A stretch of 64,000 nucleotides of DNA from Alphaproteobacteria bacterium (GTDB lineage: Bacteria; Pseudomonadota; Alphaproteobacteria; JAUHZC01). Shown one piece after another: positions 61,520 to 64,000 of the stretch. The notes under the pieces are model-generated. The model saw only the letters and a program-made list of their open reading frames with translations. It ran no database searches and was not told the origin of the DNA. How positions within the stretch are numbered: the stretch's first letter is position 1; each line of letters opens with the position of its first letter. A program made the position numbers and the translations under genes. The DNA is taken from the NCBI GenBank assembly GCA_030425805.1, contig JAUHZC010000003.1, forward strand, positions 701-64,700, read 5' to 3'.

Positions 61520-62516
61520 AGCAACACTCCTTGTATTTTGAGGGACAGACACGCTTAAAAGACTCGCTTGTTCTGACAAGATCCGCAAGTGTTTTGATAA
61601 AAGCAGGGTGAGCCCCCGAAACAGGAACCCGATGATACTCAGGGACACCTTTTTTCTCTGCTAGCTCTCGATACTCGACGTCCAGCTCCACAAGGGTCTC
61701 AGAATGGTCAGAAACGAACGCCAGAGGCACAACGACCAATCCCAGCCCCCCTTGTCCTGCTTTTTCGATCTCGGCGTCTGTATAGGGCTCTATCCACTTC
61801 TGAGGACCCACCCGACTTTGGTACGTCACAACCCAATCGAACCTTGGGTGCTTTTTTTCAACCTCCGCCGCAATGGCTGCTGCTGTCTGCTCAACCTGCC
61901 ATTGGTAGGGGTCTCCTTTGTTGATAATTGACTCTGGAAGCCCGTGAGCTGAGAACAAAACCCGCACCCTTCCTTTTGCTTGGTCTAGCGCCTTAATCAA
62001 CGGCTCAGCATAAGAAGCGATAAAGCCTGGTGCCGTTGGGTAACAGCAAGGAACCAGGAGCGGGACACCTCCAAGCCCCTCACCCTGGAGCGCTTCTTTC
62101 CACTCTTTCAGAGAAGACCCGGACGTTGTTGTCGAGAACTGTGGGTAGAGAGGGAGAGCCACGATCCGATCTGGCTGGTAGTCCCGCACCTCTTTTACAA
62201 CCTCTGCTGCCCGGGGGTGCCAGTACCGCATCACGATAAAGACTTTGTGCCCCTCCCCCAGCTCTTTCTCCAGGGCCCTCGCCTGAGCCTGGGTGTTCTC
62301 AAGAAGAGGGGAGCTCCCACCAAGCTGCTCATAGATCTCGGCAGCCTCTTTTTCGCGGCGTGATGAGATGAGCTTTGCAGCAAACCAGCGGAGAGGACGT
62401 GGTAAAGGAAAAATGGCGGGGTCAAAAAAAAGGTTGAACAAAAAGGGTTTCACGGAAGAAGGGTTATCAGGTCCCCCTAAGTTAAACAAAACAACCGCTG
62501 TTCTTGTCTTTGTCAT
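61512..62516 (-). CDS. hemH: ferrochelatase
   Basis: 'VVLFNLGGPD' N-terminus, 'PQFSTTTSGS', 'SAHGLPES'. 334 aa. Confidence 0.9.
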   Translation of the reverse strand: MTKTRTAVVLFNLGGPDNPSSVKPFLFNLFFDPAIFPLPRPLRWFAAKLISSRREKEAAEIYEQLGGSSPLLENTQAQARALEKELGEGHKVFIVMRYWHPRAAEVVKEVRDYQPDRIVALPLYPQFSTTTSGSSLKEWKEALQGEGLGGVPLLVPCCYPTAPGFIASYAEPLIKALDQAKGRVRVLFSAHGLPESIINKGDPYQWQVEQTAAAIAAEVEKKHPRFDWVVTYQSRVGPQKWIEPYTDAEIEKAGQGGLGLVVVPLAFVSDHSETLVELDVEYRELAEKKGVPEYHRVPVSGAHPAFIKTLADLVRTSESFKRVCPSKYKECCCG

Positions 62517-63535
62517 GATGCCTCCCGCACGTAAGAAATAAAGGCCTCAACATGTTTGGGGGGGGTGTTAGGCACAACGCCATGCCCTAGGTTCATGATG
62601 TGGGGGCGGCCCTTGAAGGCCTTTTTGTAGCGCTGAACCTCCTGGCGCAAAATCTCCCCCCCGACCACCAAGGCCTGAGGATCCACAGCCCCCTGAACAG
62701 GAACGCCCTTTCCTAGCCTCTGGTTCACGGCTTCTGGGTTCATTGTGTAGTCAAGGCCAACAGCATTCACACCTGTCTTCTTCACATAATCGACGAGATG
62801 CTCCCCCATTCCCCGAGGGAATCCAATGATCGGCACTCCTGGACAGGCTAAGCGTACCCGATCAACGATTTGCTTTGTTGGCCCAAACACAAAGGGCTCG
62901 AGTCCCCCATAAGGACAAGCCCCGCCCCAGGACTCAAAGATCTGAAGCACAGAAGCTCCTGCCTTGGCCTGAGCCACAAGGTGTGTTGACAGCGCATCTA
63001 CAAGCAGCTCCATCAAAGCCTCCATCTCCTGGGGACGGGAAAGGGCAAAGTGACGCACACCGTCATGAGCTTTGGATCCTCGGCCTTCAACCATATAGCA
63101 AGCCAGGGTCCAGGGCGCTCCACAAAACCCAATAAGATCTTTCTCAGCCCCGATTGCCAAACGCGCCAACTCTACGGCCTCATACACAGAGGCAAGAGCC
63201 TGGGGATCATACTTGAGCCGAGGGACCTGTAAGGGGCCAAGCTGGGGGCCCTCTCCCCGAACAAAGGAAACGTCTTGACCCATCGCGTGAGGAATCACGA
63301 GAATGTCTGAGAAAATGATGGCTGCGTCTAAGTCAAATCGCCTCATGGGTTGAAGTGTGATCTCCGTTGCAACCTTGGGGGTGTAGCATGCTTCTAAGAA
63401 GCTTGCTTGGGTTTGGCGAAGCTCCCTATACTCGGGAAGATACCTCCCAGCTTGGCGCATAAGCCAAACAGGGGGAGCCCCGTCTTTTTTACCGGCAAGG
63501 GTTTGACAAAGGTTACCCATTTCTTTTGATACCAT
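62513..63535 (-). CDS. hemE: uroporphyrinogen decarboxylase
   Basis: 'PPVWLMRQAGRYLPEY' N-terminal signature. 340 aa. Confidence 0.9.
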   Translation of the reverse strand: MVSKEMGNLCQTLAGKKDGAPPVWLMRQAGRYLPEYRELRQTQASFLEACYTPKVATEITLQPMRRFDLDAAIIFSDILVIPHAMGQDVSFVRGEGPQLGPLQVPRLKYDPQALASVYEAVELARLAIGAEKDLIGFCGAPWTLACYMVEGRGSKAHDGVRHFALSRPQEMEALMELLVDALSTHLVAQAKAGASVLQIFESWGGACPYGGLEPFVFGPTKQIVDRVRLACPGVPIIGFPRGMGEHLVDYVKKTGVNAVGLDYTMNPEAVNQRLGKGVPVQGAVDPQALVVGGEILRQEVQRYKKAFKGRPHIMNLGHGVVPNTPPKHVEAFISYVREAS

Positions 63536-63875
63536 TAATAATATATTAAAAAATTGTAATAGTAGTATGGCTGGGGATCATGGGGATTCAAGGAAAAAGA
63601 TATCCCCACCCCAAAAAAACAAAAACCCGTGGAAAAAGGGGAGAGATTCATGAGGCCTAGAAAGAGCCTTCTTTTCTCGAGGCGCTCTTTTGGGGGGAAC
63701 TCTGTGGATGAGCTGGGGGTAACTTTTTTGGCACTGAATCAAAGGGGTGTGGATAACTTGCGGATAAAAAACCAAGAGCGGGTGTGTATTTTTACACTTT
63801 TGGAGTGCACACAGAGATCTCCCCGGTTTTATCCACAGCCTTGACCCCCTTGCATCTCTCCATTACATCTATCAT
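63536..63875. other. putative chromosomal replication origin (oriC/Cori) between hemE and a dnaQ-like gene
   Basis: The 340-bp non-coding region contains DnaA boxes: perfect TGTGGATAA at 63748-63756, perfect TTATCCACA at 63829-63837, TGTGGATGA at 63703-63711 and a partial 'GGATAAA' at 63762-63768. A TTAA-N7-TTAA (CtrA-box-like) lies at 63535-63549. Adjacency to hemE is the conserved alphaproteobacterial Cori context, and parAB-rsmG lie ~10 kb away. Confidence 0.5.
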
Positions 63876-64000
63876 ATGAGAGAAATCGTTCTAGATACCG
63901 AAACCACAGGTCTTCGTTTTGACGAGGGACACCGCCTTGTTGAGATTGGGGCTGTGGAAATTGTGAATCTTGTCCCTACCGGGAAGACGTATCACGTTTA
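63876..64000 (+). CDS. dnaQ: DNA polymerase III epsilon-like 3'-5' exonuclease (5' fragment, runs off window)
   Basis: '[29 protein letters not shown]' Exo I motif of DnaQ-like exonucleases. Confidence 0.65.
   Translation, partial: MREIVLDTETTGLRFDEGHRLVEIGAVEIVNLVPTGKTYHV

Noticed and set aside
1-64000. CRISPR arrays, IS elements/transposases, integrases, rRNA genes
   Set aside because: No regularly spaced direct repeats were found. No DDE-transposase or tyrosine-recombinase-like ORFs, and no rRNA-like conserved stretches. The tRNA-adjacent accessory segments lack an identifiable integrase inside this window.

Overview
This is a gene-dense chromosomal segment, about 90% coding, with an alphaproteobacterial gene complement resembling an intracellular or amoeba-associated lineage (Holosporales/Rickettsiales-like). 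Supporting points: flavin-dependent thyX; hslVU; hrcA-grpE; a Tim44-like/mltA/smr cluster; rho-rsmG-parA-parB; and a hemJ-hemH-hemE heme cluster abutting a DnaA-box-rich intergenic region, which is the classic alphaproteobacterial hemE-Cori arrangement, followed by a dnaQ-like 5' end. Most genes are housekeeping: phospholipid synthesis (pssA-psd, olsBA, plsC fusion); a partial leucine catabolic set (thiolase, isovaleryl-CoA dehydrogenase, enoyl-CoA hydratase, HMG-CoA lyase); RNA processing (rnd, rph, rdgB, rluD); and peptidoglycan remodelling (nagZ, glucosaminidase, L,D-transpeptidase, mltA).

Accessory-looking content falls in four places:
1. A three-gene insertion immediately after tRNA-Cys: a 605-aa signal-peptide protein with a Gly/Ala-rich tail, followed by clear homologues of the type VI secretion baseplate proteins TssF and TssG. 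No other T6SS core genes are in the window.
2. A segment after tRNA-Asn/trhO carrying a GH24-lysozyme/MuF-like fusion plus two secreted hypotheticals.
3. An AT-rich signalling island with two divergent SSF-transporter/histidine-kinase fusions, two paralogous atypical receiver-domain proteins and two paralogous XRE-like HTH proteins.
4. A scattered family of Sec-signal proteins with Gly/Ala/Pro-rich low-complexity regions.

The two tRNAs (Cys-GCA, Asn-GTT) were found by eye. No rRNA, CRISPR array, IS or transposase was recognised. All calls come from reading the ORF translations and motifs; no database search was possible.
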